From Octopus sinensis (taxonomy: Eukaryota), in NCBI RefSeq assembly GCF_006345805.1, contig NC_042999.1:128588001-128652000 (forward strand): a stretch of 64,000 nucleotides of DNA, written 5' to 3'. Each line of letters starts with the position of its first letter. Positions within the stretch are counted from its first letter, which is position 1. The notes under the pieces were generated by a model. The model was not told the DNA's origin, searched no databases, and was given only the letters and a program-made list of their open reading frames with translations. This document shows positions 1 through 11,559 of the stretch, one piece after another. A program made the translations under genes and the position numbers.

Positions 1-1213
1 GACATCTCATAAAATCTTTCGAGTATTGCGTAACAAAGGAAGAAAGAAGCATCTATTTCATCCGATTATTCGACGTTAATATAGACCAATAGAAAGTCTG
101 ACTGAAATGCTGAGAATTTCATCTAGATAAAATTATAATATTAATAAATACATATTTTCCATTTAATGCGAACGGCTAAATATACATTTATGATCAGATT
201 CATAATCGTTCAATCATTTGTAAATAGTTGGATCATTTCCAACGTGGTGTCTTTCGGCTATTGTTTGGTAACTTGGTAGCCATCATAATGTCGTGGTAGG
301 TGGGGGTAGATATATCATCCTTAGATGATACCGAATCTTATATCTGTAAACTCAAATTTGTTACCATAATTACATCGGTGTAACTGTAATTCCTATCGAC
401 AAATATAGATTCTAATGATCGCCTGTAAGAGACTGGTTATACATAAGTTATACTCTGTATAATTCGGTTATACAGAGTTAAGAGAGGTGCTTTCAGTGAC
501 GTTAGCATTCATAACTTTATGTTTACATCAAAAACAAAATTATCCTGTTTTAAACCCCTTCCAGTTACAGGATAATTTGAATAAAACTTACTGAAATTTA
601 TAAGGTTCTTTGTCATTATGATACAGAGCAAAAATCAATCTGTCGATTTCAAAACTGTTTCAACGGTTTACTTTTGGTGAAAAGGCAGAGTCGATATATT
701 GTTCAAGGTGTCTCATATTGGTAGATAATCGATATTAATTTCTGTGGGTTGGTGTCTTATGAAGTTCCAAAGGGTACAGTTCCGGCGAGAAAGTTTCAAC
801 GAATTTTTTTGGGGGTTTGTTTTTTGCGTGGTTTTGGAAATGAAAGACAGTAGAGATTGTGAAGAGAACAAAGACAGATGAATTGAGTGGAATGTAGACT
901 GCTAGTTCAGTAGAATAGGATCTGATGTTGTTACAGCAGAAGATAAAGTGGAATGGAAAGAGTATGCAACTTGTTATATTTACCATGGTCATGGAGTAAT
1001 GCCTATTACTTATGTCAGGTTTTTCAGCACAGGAAGATGAGAAGAATGAAACTGGCGGGATTTAATGTAAAACTTGAAGAGCTTGAAATTAAAAGCGCAG
1101 ATGTGCTTGAAAGTGTAGGAATTATAAGTGAACTTTGAACACAAGAAACAATGTCAAATATTTTAATAGATTTAGTTTGCTACTGCCTTATGACTGCAAT
1201 TCACGAATTTCAA

Positions 1214-1370
1214 ATTTTGGCACAAGGCCAACAATTTTAATGAAAGGGGGTAATTCGATTGCATCGACTCCAGTACTTGACTGGCACTTATTTTACCAAC
1301 CCCGTGTTTGAACTCGGAATTTAAAGAACTGAATGCCGCTAACCATCTTGCTCGATTGTCACCTTGCCAT
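1214..1370 (-). mobile_element. SINE family A, partial copy
   Basis: Shares ggcacaaggcc…gcatcgactccagtac…gaactc blocks with the copies at 2135, 11285, 23265, 31226, 38826, 39505 and 53285. Confidence 0.7.
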
Positions 1371-1684
1371 CAAGAAATGATAGGACTACATAATGGCGAG
1401 TAATTTCAGTAAAAGCTATTAATTTTCAATATATGAAATCAGAAATATCACAAAAAAACATCAATATAAAAGATGAAATACAGAAATATACGAATATTTC
1501 TGTCAAATTATTCAATATTTTCACGAAGCAAATTATAGCAAAAACGAACTTTAAATTCAAAATTAATGCAAATTAAGTGAAACATACAAATGAGCGATTG
1601 GCAAATATATGAAGTCACTTCAAAAGCGGTGTAAGAAAGAAATTTGTGATTATTTTAAATATTATGTAATAATAAGGTAATGAA

Positions 1685-2045
1685 GGTGAGTATCATTTCT
1701 GTGGCTGTATGATTAAGAGGATCACATTACAATCAAATGGTTTTGAGTTCAGTCCCACTGTGCGACACCTTGGGAAAGTATCATCTGCTACAGCCCAGGG
1801 GCTAGTTAATGCCGTGTGAGTAAATTTGGTAGCAGAAACCCATCATGTGTGTATTTGTTCCTCATAACTCATTGACAATCGGTGTTGGTTTGTTATCGTC
1901 ACCGTCAACTAGCGGTTCGGTAAAAATGACCGATAGAATAAGAACCCTACAAAAAAAAAAGAACTGGATTCGATTCGTTCGACTTCCAAGGCGGTGCTCC
2001 AGCATGACCGTAGTCCAATAGCTGAAATAGTTAAAAGATAAAGAT
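1685..2045 (+). mobile_element. tRNA-derived SINE family B, diverged copy
   Basis: tRNA-like head (gagttcagtcccactgtgcgacaccttgggaaagt) and 3' gaccgatagaataag…ggtgctccagcatg…gaaa, as in the 45034 copy. Confidence 0.7.
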
Positions 2046-2134
2046 CAATTCGATCTTTTGTAACTTAAACTGCAGAATAATATCGAAAGAGCTATGATCA
2101 CCATAAAAGCTATCTTCAATACCATTAACATTGA

Positions 2135-2330
2135 TTTCAACTTTTGGCACAAGGCTAGCAATTTCGGAGGTGAGCTAAGTCGATTACATCGACCCCAGTA
2201 CTAAATTGGTACTTATTTTGTCAACCCCGAAAGTGGACCTCGGTGGAATTTGAACTCAAAACACGAAGAAGGACGAAATACCACTAAGTATTTCGTCCGG
2301 TGTGCTTACGATTCCGCCAGTCCTCCGCCT
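2135..2330 (-). mobile_element. SINE family A copy
   Basis: cttttggcacaaggc…catcgaccccagtac…ggaatttgaactc…cgattccgccagtcctccgcc. Confidence 0.8.
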
Positions 2331-2514
2331 TCTCTAATACCATTAATATTGTTAGTAAATAGCTAACTGTAGTGAAACAATTTTCTACACTGGAAGCACG
2401 TTTGTAGACCACATCACTTTAACATGGTTATTTACGCACAATCCTTCTAGTGACATAAAATCGGTATTGCCTTAGGAGTGAAATGATATTTTACATATAA
2501 TTATGTCTAAAACG

Positions 2515-2800
2515 AAGGCGCGTAGCTTAGCAGTTGGGATATTTGGCTCACGATTGTAAAGTCGTGTGTTCGATTTCTGACGATGTGTTGTGTCCTTGAG
2601 CAAGACACTTCATTTCACGTTGCTCCAGTCATCTCAACAGGCCAAAATGAGTTGTATCTGTAATTCAAAGGGCCAGCCTTGTCACATTCTGTGCCACGCT
2701 GAATTTCCCCGAGAACTATTTTAAGAGTACACATATCTGTGGAGTGCTCAGCCACTTACATGTTAATTTCATGAGCAGATTGTTCCTTTGATCGGATGAA
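2515..2800 (+). mobile_element. tRNA-derived SINE family C copy
   Basis: gaaggcgcgtagcttagcagttggg (A box) and gtgttcgattt (B box), followed by gagcaagacacttcatttcacgttgctccag; homologous to 43500-43790 and 53020-53230. Confidence 0.75.
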
Positions 2801-3601
2801 AAGGAAGTCCCGTCAGCATTAACAGTCGAAATGCCAGTTGTTGATTTGATATCTAATACTATAAAAGAGATTTTGAAACTGAAAATTCTGTAAAACAAGA
2901 ATAAATTTGCAAAGGTGATTAGCAGAAAAAGTAAAAAGAAACAAACAGTAAGGATCAGGATTTTATTACCTCTTGGCTGAAAGTAACTAAATGATCCAGA
3001 TGGGAAAGGTGATATGTAGTGGAAAAAATTACATATTTTCTTTGTTGTATTTCAGACATCTTCATTTAGACATCTGTGCATCTCTTATTATAAAAGGCAG
3101 ATTTTATCTGCCTCCCTTTGTCAGTTATAGAAATCTACAATATAGGATTTCTTCAATTACAATTTACCTAGCATTTTTAAGAGTAGAATGCATCGGGTCA
3201 TGCCAGGTCCAGTTTTTAAAATTTAAACTCCAATTAAGCAAAATTTACAGAAAACTCACATTCTGGTGTGTATGTCAAATGCTTTTCTTAGTCTGGTTTA
3301 CAGCACACGCAAACGCACACACACAGTGTGCAACGAATAAAGTGAAACTAATTCACTGCGTGTGTGTTGACAGGTAGACAATAGAATGCGATGGCGTTGG
3401 CGATGTAATATTTGTTTCTGTCTATCACGCTGATAGATACATGAGTAAAATGTATGGCAAGCTAAGAGATAAGAGTGAGTGAAAATGTTCTTGGAAGAGA
3501 GTAAAAGCGACAGAGTGATTTGAGGAAGACTAAACTGAAAGTATGAAACAGTGTTTATGTATAAACAGACGACACTTATATATAGTTATGTATGCATCCG
3601 T

Positions 3602-3930
3602 TTAACCCTTTCGTTACCAAACCGCCCGAATTTACCTATTCATATTTAAATGAGAATATCAGAGTAAATCTCTTTAGTACATTCGTGAAAACACGTATTA
3701 TACTTCGTAAACACTTCAAATACAGTTTTGTACAAAAATCGAAGTGTAATTTTAATTCCGTGAATTATGGGAGATTTTTTTCCGAAATTTGTTCCTATTG
3801 TGTTTTCGAAATTTGTAATTCTGACAAAAAATGGATACGAATTTCATTATATCAAGCAGCGAGTCAGAATTCGAAGGATTTTCTACTGAAGACCTTCATA
3901 AATCTAACTCTATGACTGAAAAAAAAAAGC
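3602..3930 (+). mobile_element. piggyBac-like left end (solo)
   Basis: TTAA followed by ccctttcgttacc, the TTAA-CCCT signature. I found no matching right end. Confidence 0.45.
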
Positions 3931-3931
3931 A

Positions 3932-4324
3932 TCTTTATATAAGAGTGAAGTTGTGTGTCTGTCTCCTACGATTTAGATTCGTAACTACTCCCACATTTTG
4001 CGGTGCAGTTTAACCAAAAGCGGGTATCTTATAGTCGTGATTCATATCGAGCCCTTCTGGGTATTAGCGCGCGTCTACGATGAGTCTACGATTTAAAAAA
4101 AAATTACCATCATATTTTTCCATTTTAATGCATTTTTTTGCAATTATATAAGGGAAGTAACTCTCTAAAAATATCTACGATGTGTCAACGATTTAAAAAA
4201 AATTTACCTTAATTTTTTTTCAATTTTTAATGCATTTTTTTGCTATTTTTTTGCTATAACTCTCTAAAAATGCTTATATAGTTATTTCCCTTACAACCCG
4301 AGCAACGCCGGGCGATACTGCTAG
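3932..4324 (+). mobile_element. Non-autonomous Helitron-like element
   Basis: Starts A|TCtttatata and ends cccgagcaacgccggg (hairpin)…CTAG|T. AT target, no TSD. Confidence 0.75.
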
Positions 4325-5206
4325 TAGTCTATAAATGTTGTGTGATTAGCTTCGGCTTTACTAACAATAAGCTTCCTTTCTAAATAGTAAGTTTACATGT
4401 AACGTTTAAACTTTGTCATTAATCTGAATTTAAAAGATTCTCATTAACAATTATATCGTTCAACTCCTAAGGTAATATAAGATATTTTATCTAACGTTGT
4501 CTTACTATATTTGGTGAAAGACGATATGAAATTTAAATCTTGGAACGTGTATTTCTAAACTAAGCAAATTCTTCCATGTAAGCTGTAGCAAGAAAAAATT
4601 ACAACTGAATCGCCGTACAAATTTTTTGTTGTTGTTAGACCCAGCTCAGTAGTGATCTAGCAGACATACAGTCAAAGACTCAACAGCTTTGATAATTTGT
4701 CTGCAATTTCTAGCAGATCGAGCGACAGCTTAGTGGCTTCCGCCTTGTTTCATCACTTCTGTGAGATAAAGGCTAATTACTTCTATTCACTAATGTCATA
4801 TTTCCACCAACCCTTGCATTTATTTACTATTCCATCGACATCTTTATATGATAGGATTAGCGATGTTTTGTTATACGATCCAGAAAGTTGGAAAAATTAC
4901 ATCAGTAGAGATCGGCATAATAAAATGAAAGGAAAATAATGGCCAGTAGCACTCCACTAAATTTCGCAATAAAATGTTACTAAGAGACCCTTTTTTTAAA
5001 TCTGAAAGTTTATATCGAAATTGTTTATATGTAGAAGAAATGGCTACTCTTTTATACAAGTGTCTGTGAGAATTGAAGACGATATCATTAAAATCAATGA
5101 GCTGACTGAAAGAAATTATGTCGCACGAGATATTTGTTTGGTGGGCTGCTGTTATGCTTTGACAGTATTATCTGGCCTAATTATTATATTTTAGTTTATT
5201 ATTTAA

Positions 5207-5347
<141 letters not shown>

Positions 5348-6220
5348 GAATAGAATAGAATAAATCCAAAGCATTTTACAAATATTGGATTTTGCAAATG
5401 CCATTTAGTTACATTAAGTTTGTATCACTTTCATTTCATTTCTAAGAAAACAATTCTTCTACGCTCTCTGTCGAGTTAAGTAGTTTAATTTTCTGGATCA
5501 TAAAACGGAACAGCGCCAGGAGGACTATTTTTTAGAACCCTTTTAGTATAGCGATAATTAATGGTTTGCATAGACTTTTTAAAATAGAGATTAATACTAA
5601 TATTAAGATTGAACCGTTCTAAATATGTAGCCAGAGAAAAAAATATGGGTAAGGTATTTCAGATGATAACACATCCGGAAAATGAGGCTAGGAAAAGGTA
5701 TATTTTGGAGCTAAAAGGTGAGACACAGTAGAAACGATGAAGGGAGAATAGGTAGCTGCGTTGAGTACGATAAAATGTGGGTAAATTCGGAGGTGTAGAG
5801 TACATTTTAATAGCGGTAGAAGTGCAAACAATTGTTAATCATAAAAATAACATACTGCTTTAGAGTGGTCTAAAACATATGGTACAATCTGAGACATCAA
5901 ATCATTTTAAAGAAAATATTCAGACGTATCTTTTAATGTTCTAATTATTCACACTTAAACGAATAAATATTTTACACGTATTTAGTAACGCATCTCAATA
6001 TTTAAGCAAGTACGGTGAAGTATATGTTTCTCTGAAGAGGTTTAATAATATATCCAAAGTTGTGTCCCGCACTTGGCGAAATGATTTAAATAATATTAGT
6101 AACTGAGCTAATATTATCTCGCCTATAAGAATTCTGCATATAATAACTTAACTAATACTTTTAATACAATGGCAACTCTGAGAAACTGACTGCAAGGATA
6201 TATTTTCGAAGAAAATATTC

Positions 6221-6672
6221 GGATCTTTTCGGTTTGAACGGCAGTTTTTTCTAGCGGTGTCATATGAAATTGTCACCCATAATTATGACCCTAGAATCGA
6301 TCTATTGCATTTCAATCTCTTTTAGGGTTAGGGTTAGGGTTAGTTAGGGTTAGTTAAGGTTAGGGTTAGGGTTAGGGGTGGGGGAAGGGTATCTTTTTTT
6401 CTTCACAAATATAAATAAACTCAATCTGTTTCTTAAACGAGGGACATATTCATACGGCACAGAATGCTTTTTAACTCAATAGACGTCACTGATAGGTTGA
6501 AATTGCAGAAATTGAAGAAAAAGCAACAAATATCTTACAAACTATAGAATTTTCTCAATAAAGCCAAGAGAAAAATATGTTTTATAAACACATTCTACCA
6601 GTATACGAAGTTTAACATTTTTTAGCTACCTAGAAATTATGTTAAAAACTGCCGTTCAAACCGAAAATATCC
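6221..6672. mobile_element. 452-bp MITE with 29-bp TIRs and internal (TTAGGG)n
   Basis: ggatcttttcggtttgaacggcagttttt (6221-6249) versus aaaaactgccgttcaaaccgaaaatatcc (6644-6672), 1 mismatch. TTAGGG array at 6322-6376. Confidence 0.8.
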
Positions 6673-8689
6673 AAAGATTCTAATCTGGAGCATCCAATTT
6701 TGGAAATGGTTTTAATAAAGAAGATATTCTAGTGTTATTCTGAGCTTGGCAGCATTGTTATTGTCAGTAGAAAAATTTTGGTCCAGTATCGTTGTATAAG
6801 TATAGGAAGACAGCTGTATAAAAACATACTGTAGCAACTGTTGTTAGAAGCTAAACCAGACAGATAAATTACTTGTCAGTTTTATAGACAAATGAAAATA
6901 AAGTGTTGCTTAACGTGCGCTTGTTGCCAGACAAATCTATCGACAAAACAGCAATTAGCAAGGTAAAAGTGGAAATGCGACTTATCAAAGTAAAACAAGT
7001 CATTTTAGATTTAATTGAATGAGGATCGTAGTTGTTGCTGCTCTTGTCATTGTCATTGTTGCTACGGCTGTTGTTAACTCTCTTGTTTAAAGCAATATTG
7101 TTCTAAAATACTGTACAAATTTGCTAATGTGCAAATGGATCTCAATCGGTTTCGTCAAATGTTTTTCAGATATCTGATCAACTGAACAAGTTGTTCATTG
7201 AATTAGCATGTAAGTGACTAAACATTCCCCAGACACATCGGCCCTGTCCACCTGACTATAAATAAAGCCCGTTTGTGGTTCTCTTTCCTTACTTAAAGCA
7301 GCGGCGACACTATAACTTAATTTCCAGGCGGAATCAGCGTAACGCAGTGTGACAAGTCTAAGTTTTTAAATTACAGATACAATGCACTTGATATGCTTTC
7401 ACGCATTTTCCTTTCATCCATTTTCACTCACAAAGCTTGGATTGACCAGACATTTGTCCATGATGTCTCACAGTGAGGTAGAACCCGAGATCTCGTGATT
7501 GCGAAGCGAATTTCTTAACCATTCGGCCGTGCTACGTCCATTATGTACTACTTCAAATAGTATCATCGTTGTCATTATACTCCTCTGCCTCATCCTCATT
7601 GTGATTATGATCATTATCACTATCATCATCTTTATTTTTATCCTTACTATCATCACTACAACAGCATATGTTTTTTGAGAGATAAAGAAAATACATTTAT
7701 TTTGTTCTTTTAAACCAGGAAATCCATCAAATGAATTAGGTTAGTTTTTTTAAACACAGTCTATGCAAATAAGTACAGTAAACTACTGATTTACATGTAA
7801 ATTTTTTTCAACATATAACCAATCAGTGGTTCACCAATTAAATATATTAGCAGATTATCATAGACACTGATAGTTGATAAAATATTCATGAAATTGTAAC
7901 CACTGCTACTATTGCAAACATTACTCTTGTAATACTGGTTTGAAATCGAGGCCATGAGACGGGGGAACGAAGATACTACCAAGTATAAAATTTGAAATTC
8001 TTTCAAACCCCACTCATACTTGTAAGTAATGTTGATTGGTCCAATCTTTTCATTGATATCAGATGACCAACACAAAGAAATTGAAATTTCCTATGATGGA
8101 TTCTCTCATCTTCCATGAAATGCGGTTAATATGCTAATAGTTTGATAACTTATATCTCGATATCAGAAGCGGTTATGCCTCTAGATACGAATAATATTTC
8201 TGTGTAGATTTAGTTGTAATAAATATTGATTTCCTTTGACGGAAATGAGTTGTAAAATTTGAAAAACAGAAAAGCATATTGACATTTGTAACAAGTTTAA
8301 AAATAGTCAGACATCAAAACCGATCGACCGACTACAAGGCGACAAGATTCTTAACTGAGGAAGAATTCTTGCTAACTGTGTTTAGGTTTCCACTTGAGTA
8401 GAAACAAGAATTTAAATAATGACTTAATGAACACAGTTTCGGAAACCACTAATTCATGAAACAAGAGCAATTTTTCAATTGAGAAAATATGTATGATTCT
8501 AGCTGGCTCTTTAAGAAAATGCGAGTTCATTTTTAAGTATTTTATTCTTAATCAAGGGTAAGATTTCAGAAAATTACTCCAATAGGAAATATGTAACAAA
8601 AGAAGATATCTTAACTCTTTTTGTCCGAACTTACAGTGTACGTCTAATTAAGGAATAATTACAGATCTATTTTCTTTATCTTTTATTTG

Positions 8690-8876
8690 TTTCAAGTAAT
8701 AGAATGCGACCATACTGGGACACCTCCTTGAAAGGTTTAGTCGAACAAATCGATCTCAGTAATTAATTTTTTAAAGAGAATTACTTCTGTCAGTAACTTT
8801 TGCCGAACTGCTACATTACGGCAACGTAAGCAAGCCAACACCGAATGTTCCGTGATGGTAGCAGACAAAGATATAC

Positions 8877-8955
<79 letters not shown>

Positions 8956-9125
8956 TATAGGACAGGCTTCGAAACAGTTTTTGTCAACTGAATTAACTCA
9001 TAAGACATTTTTAGGCCTGGAGGTATAGTAAATGACACCTGCTCAAGGTGTCCCACGATGGAATTGAACCTGAAACCATGTTGTTGCAAAGTGAGCTTCT
9101 TAACCCCACAGCCATACCTACGCTC
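8690..9125 (-). mobile_element. tRNA-derived SINE family B copy with internal (TA)n
   Basis: Reverse complement of the family B head (ggtatggctgtggggttaagaag…ggttcaattcc) and tail. Confidence 0.65.
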
Positions 9126-9523
9126 TATAAATACTCTGGTGGGTAACGAAACCAATAGTTAATACGCAATAAATTGTTTACTGTTGAACGATCAGTACGA
9201 AAACTTGCAGACTTAGTGGAGCATATCTGGGCTCGAGTTACTGTAGGAAATAATCTGAAAGCTAATATTGCTGTCCATGAGTGGAGAAATCGTTTAATAA
9301 TCCCATGATATTTATGCTTCTATAATGATTTATATCATACTTGAACAAAAAACACACATTGATTTTATAGTGTTGCCGCTGCTTTAAGTAGGGAATGAGT
9401 ACAATAAATGAGCTTTATTTATAGTCAGGTGGACAGGGCCGATGTGATTTAAGCAACAATTTATACAAGAAAATAAAGAAATTAATTTATACACCGAGTA
9501 ACACAGACATGTGAGCCCACACA

Positions 9524-9907
9524 GTGAATTCCATCAGAAATCATAACAGGAATGTTATGATTTATACAGAAGGTGGAACATGTAAAGATTCCCATTTGGT
9601 GTACGCTTCAGAATGCACGAAATACAACTTAATTTATGTTGGTTGCACAACAGAACAATTAAATAAAAGGTTTAATGGACACAGATTCGACGTCAGACAC
9701 AATAACAGTAGTTCGACAGAACTTGCTGAACATTTCGTTTCAAGCGGCTGCAATTTTGAAGAAGACTTGAAAGTGCATATTCTCAGAAAATATTCTGAAT
9801 CTATTTCGCTTTCACTTCTCAGAATGTATGAGGAGAAATATGTTTGCGGATTATTAACATCACGTCCTGACAGGAGAATATCATCAAATTTATACAAAGC
9901 TGTTTGA
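9524..9907 (+). mobile_element. Penelope-like element GIY-YIG endonuclease fragment
   Basis: TCKDSHLVYASECTKYNLIYVGCT…RFNGHRFDV…LAEHF matches the PLE GIY-YIG pattern (C..S.N.IY.I.C..C...YVG.T…R...H). Confidence 0.8.
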
Positions 9908-10277
9908 TTAAATATTCTTCTTTCTCTCTTTTTCTTTCCTTTTTTTCTATCATCGTCTTTTTTCTGTTTTTTTCTGTCTTTTTCTTTTCGCCTGTTATAA
10001 AATTGTACCTTAAAAACTGATGATGTCATTCCATCAACGTGTGGACGCTAATTGCTCTCGTTCATACTTTACGTTAAAATTTCTGTAATTTTGAATTTTT
10101 ATCACTTCTTATTTTGAATTTGACAAAGACAGACGTACAGTTGAAATAGCGTTCAACTAATAATTTTCAAGAAGACTTGAAAGTGCATATTCTCAGAAAA
10201 TATTCTGAATCTGTTTCGCTTTCACTTCTCAGAAAATATCTTACAATCGAATCGCGCTCTTCGTCTTGACTATTATT

Positions 10278-10309
<32 letters not shown>

Positions 10310-10319
<10 letters not shown>

Positions 10320-10790
10320 ATATGTTTGACTTTTGCTTTACATTTGTACAAGTTGTCTCCAAGTTTCACCCAGAGACCTCAAGAGACAAGTTGGAAGTTC
10401 ATGTTGGTGTTATGCCTAGGGTGCCATATATTTGGTTTTGTACTTAGTGTTGTACTAGTGAATGTTTAAGAAACCATAAGGAAATTATGTTTGTTTTAAA
10501 ACTTGAGATTACATGGAAAGTATTTTGCGTAGGATATGAGCAGTTCCCATGAGCACTATCTTTTGAATTTCTGCCATTTTGGGGTTTCCTGGTATCTGAG
10601 CTATGTAGCAATCAGCCCTTTTGCTATCATTACCAGGGCACCTATGACAACAGGTATTGTTTTAGTCTTCAGGTTCCACATTTTTCTAATTTTTATTTCA
10701 AGATCTTTATATTTTCTCACTTTTTGGTAGGTCTTGACAGATGCTTTTATATCGATTGGGACAGTCATATCAATGAGGAGGCATAATTTT
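10310..10790 (-). mobile_element. Dong/R4-type LINE 3' end fragment
   Basis: Minus-strand translation …IDMTVPID…KYKDLEIKIRKMWNLKTKTIPVVIGAL…QKIVLMGTAHILRKILS (restriction-like endonuclease C-terminus). Confidence 0.75.
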
Positions 10791-10792
10791 TA

Positions 10793-10873
10793 TTGTTGTT
10801 GTTGTTGTTGTTGTTGCTGTTGTTGTTGTTGTTATTGCTATTATTATTATTATTATTATTATCATCATCATCA

Positions 10874-10958
<85 letters not shown>

Positions 10959-10985
10959 GTTGTTGTTATTATTACTATTATTATT
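10793..10985. repeat. (GTT)n/(ATT)n/(ATC)n compound microsatellite
   Basis: Direct reading. Confidence 0.95.
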
Positions 10986-11195
10986 GAGTGAGTGAAAGAA
11001 CAACGTATGCCATCAATGTGACACTAGGTTACAAATATATGAAGCCCAATACACCCATCATGATTACCGGTCTGATAAGGGTGCACCAAGCACGTGCATC
11101 ACAACCATTTGCGTGACATGGTGATATCATATGAAGATAAACAGCTCATGATCTTGCAGGCGGGACACAGCTAGAATTTTCTTCAGGTCGAGTAG
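10986..11195 (-). mobile_element. Dispersed retroposon 3' part (same family as 13565-14120)
   Basis: Reverse complement aligns with 13915-14120 (ctactcgacctgaagaaaattcta…cccttatcagac…atggcat). Confidence 0.7.
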
Positions 11196-11243
11196 CACAT
11201 CCCGCTAACAATTCTGCCAGCTCGCCACTTAATAATAATAATA

Positions 11244-11275
<32 letters not shown>

Positions 11276-11284
11276 AATAATCCT

Positions 11285-11470
11285 TTCTACGATAGGCACA
11301 AGGCCTGAAATTTGAGGAGAGGGATTAATCAATTAAATCGACTCCCAGTACGCAACTGATACTTAATTTATCGACCCCGAAAGGATGAATGACAAAGTCA
11401 ACCTCGGCGGAATTTGAGCTCAGAACGTAACGACAGACGAAATATCGCTAAGCATTTCGCGCGGTGTGCT
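11285..11470 (-). mobile_element. SINE family A copy
   Basis: ggcacaaggcctgaaattt…cgaccccgaaaggatg…gattctgccagctcg. Confidence 0.85.
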
Positions 11471-11493
11471 AACGATTCTGCCAGCTCGGGGCT

Positions 11494-11536
<43 letters not shown>

Positions 11537-11559
11537 TAATAATAATGATAATAATAATT

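Noticed and set aside
452-478. 11-bp perfect hairpin actctgtataa-ttcgg-ttatacagagt
   Set aside because: Too short and AT-rich to assign; no Helitron CTAG, ribozyme or miRNA-length stem.
735-1138. Short ORFs at the window start
   Set aside because: No homology recognised; other frames are full of stops.
6322-6376. (TTAGGG)n as a chromosome end
   Set aside because: Short, degenerate and internal to a TIR element.
7791-8075. 94-aa minus-strand ORF as a possible exon
   Set aside because: No recognisable domain or convincing splice sites.
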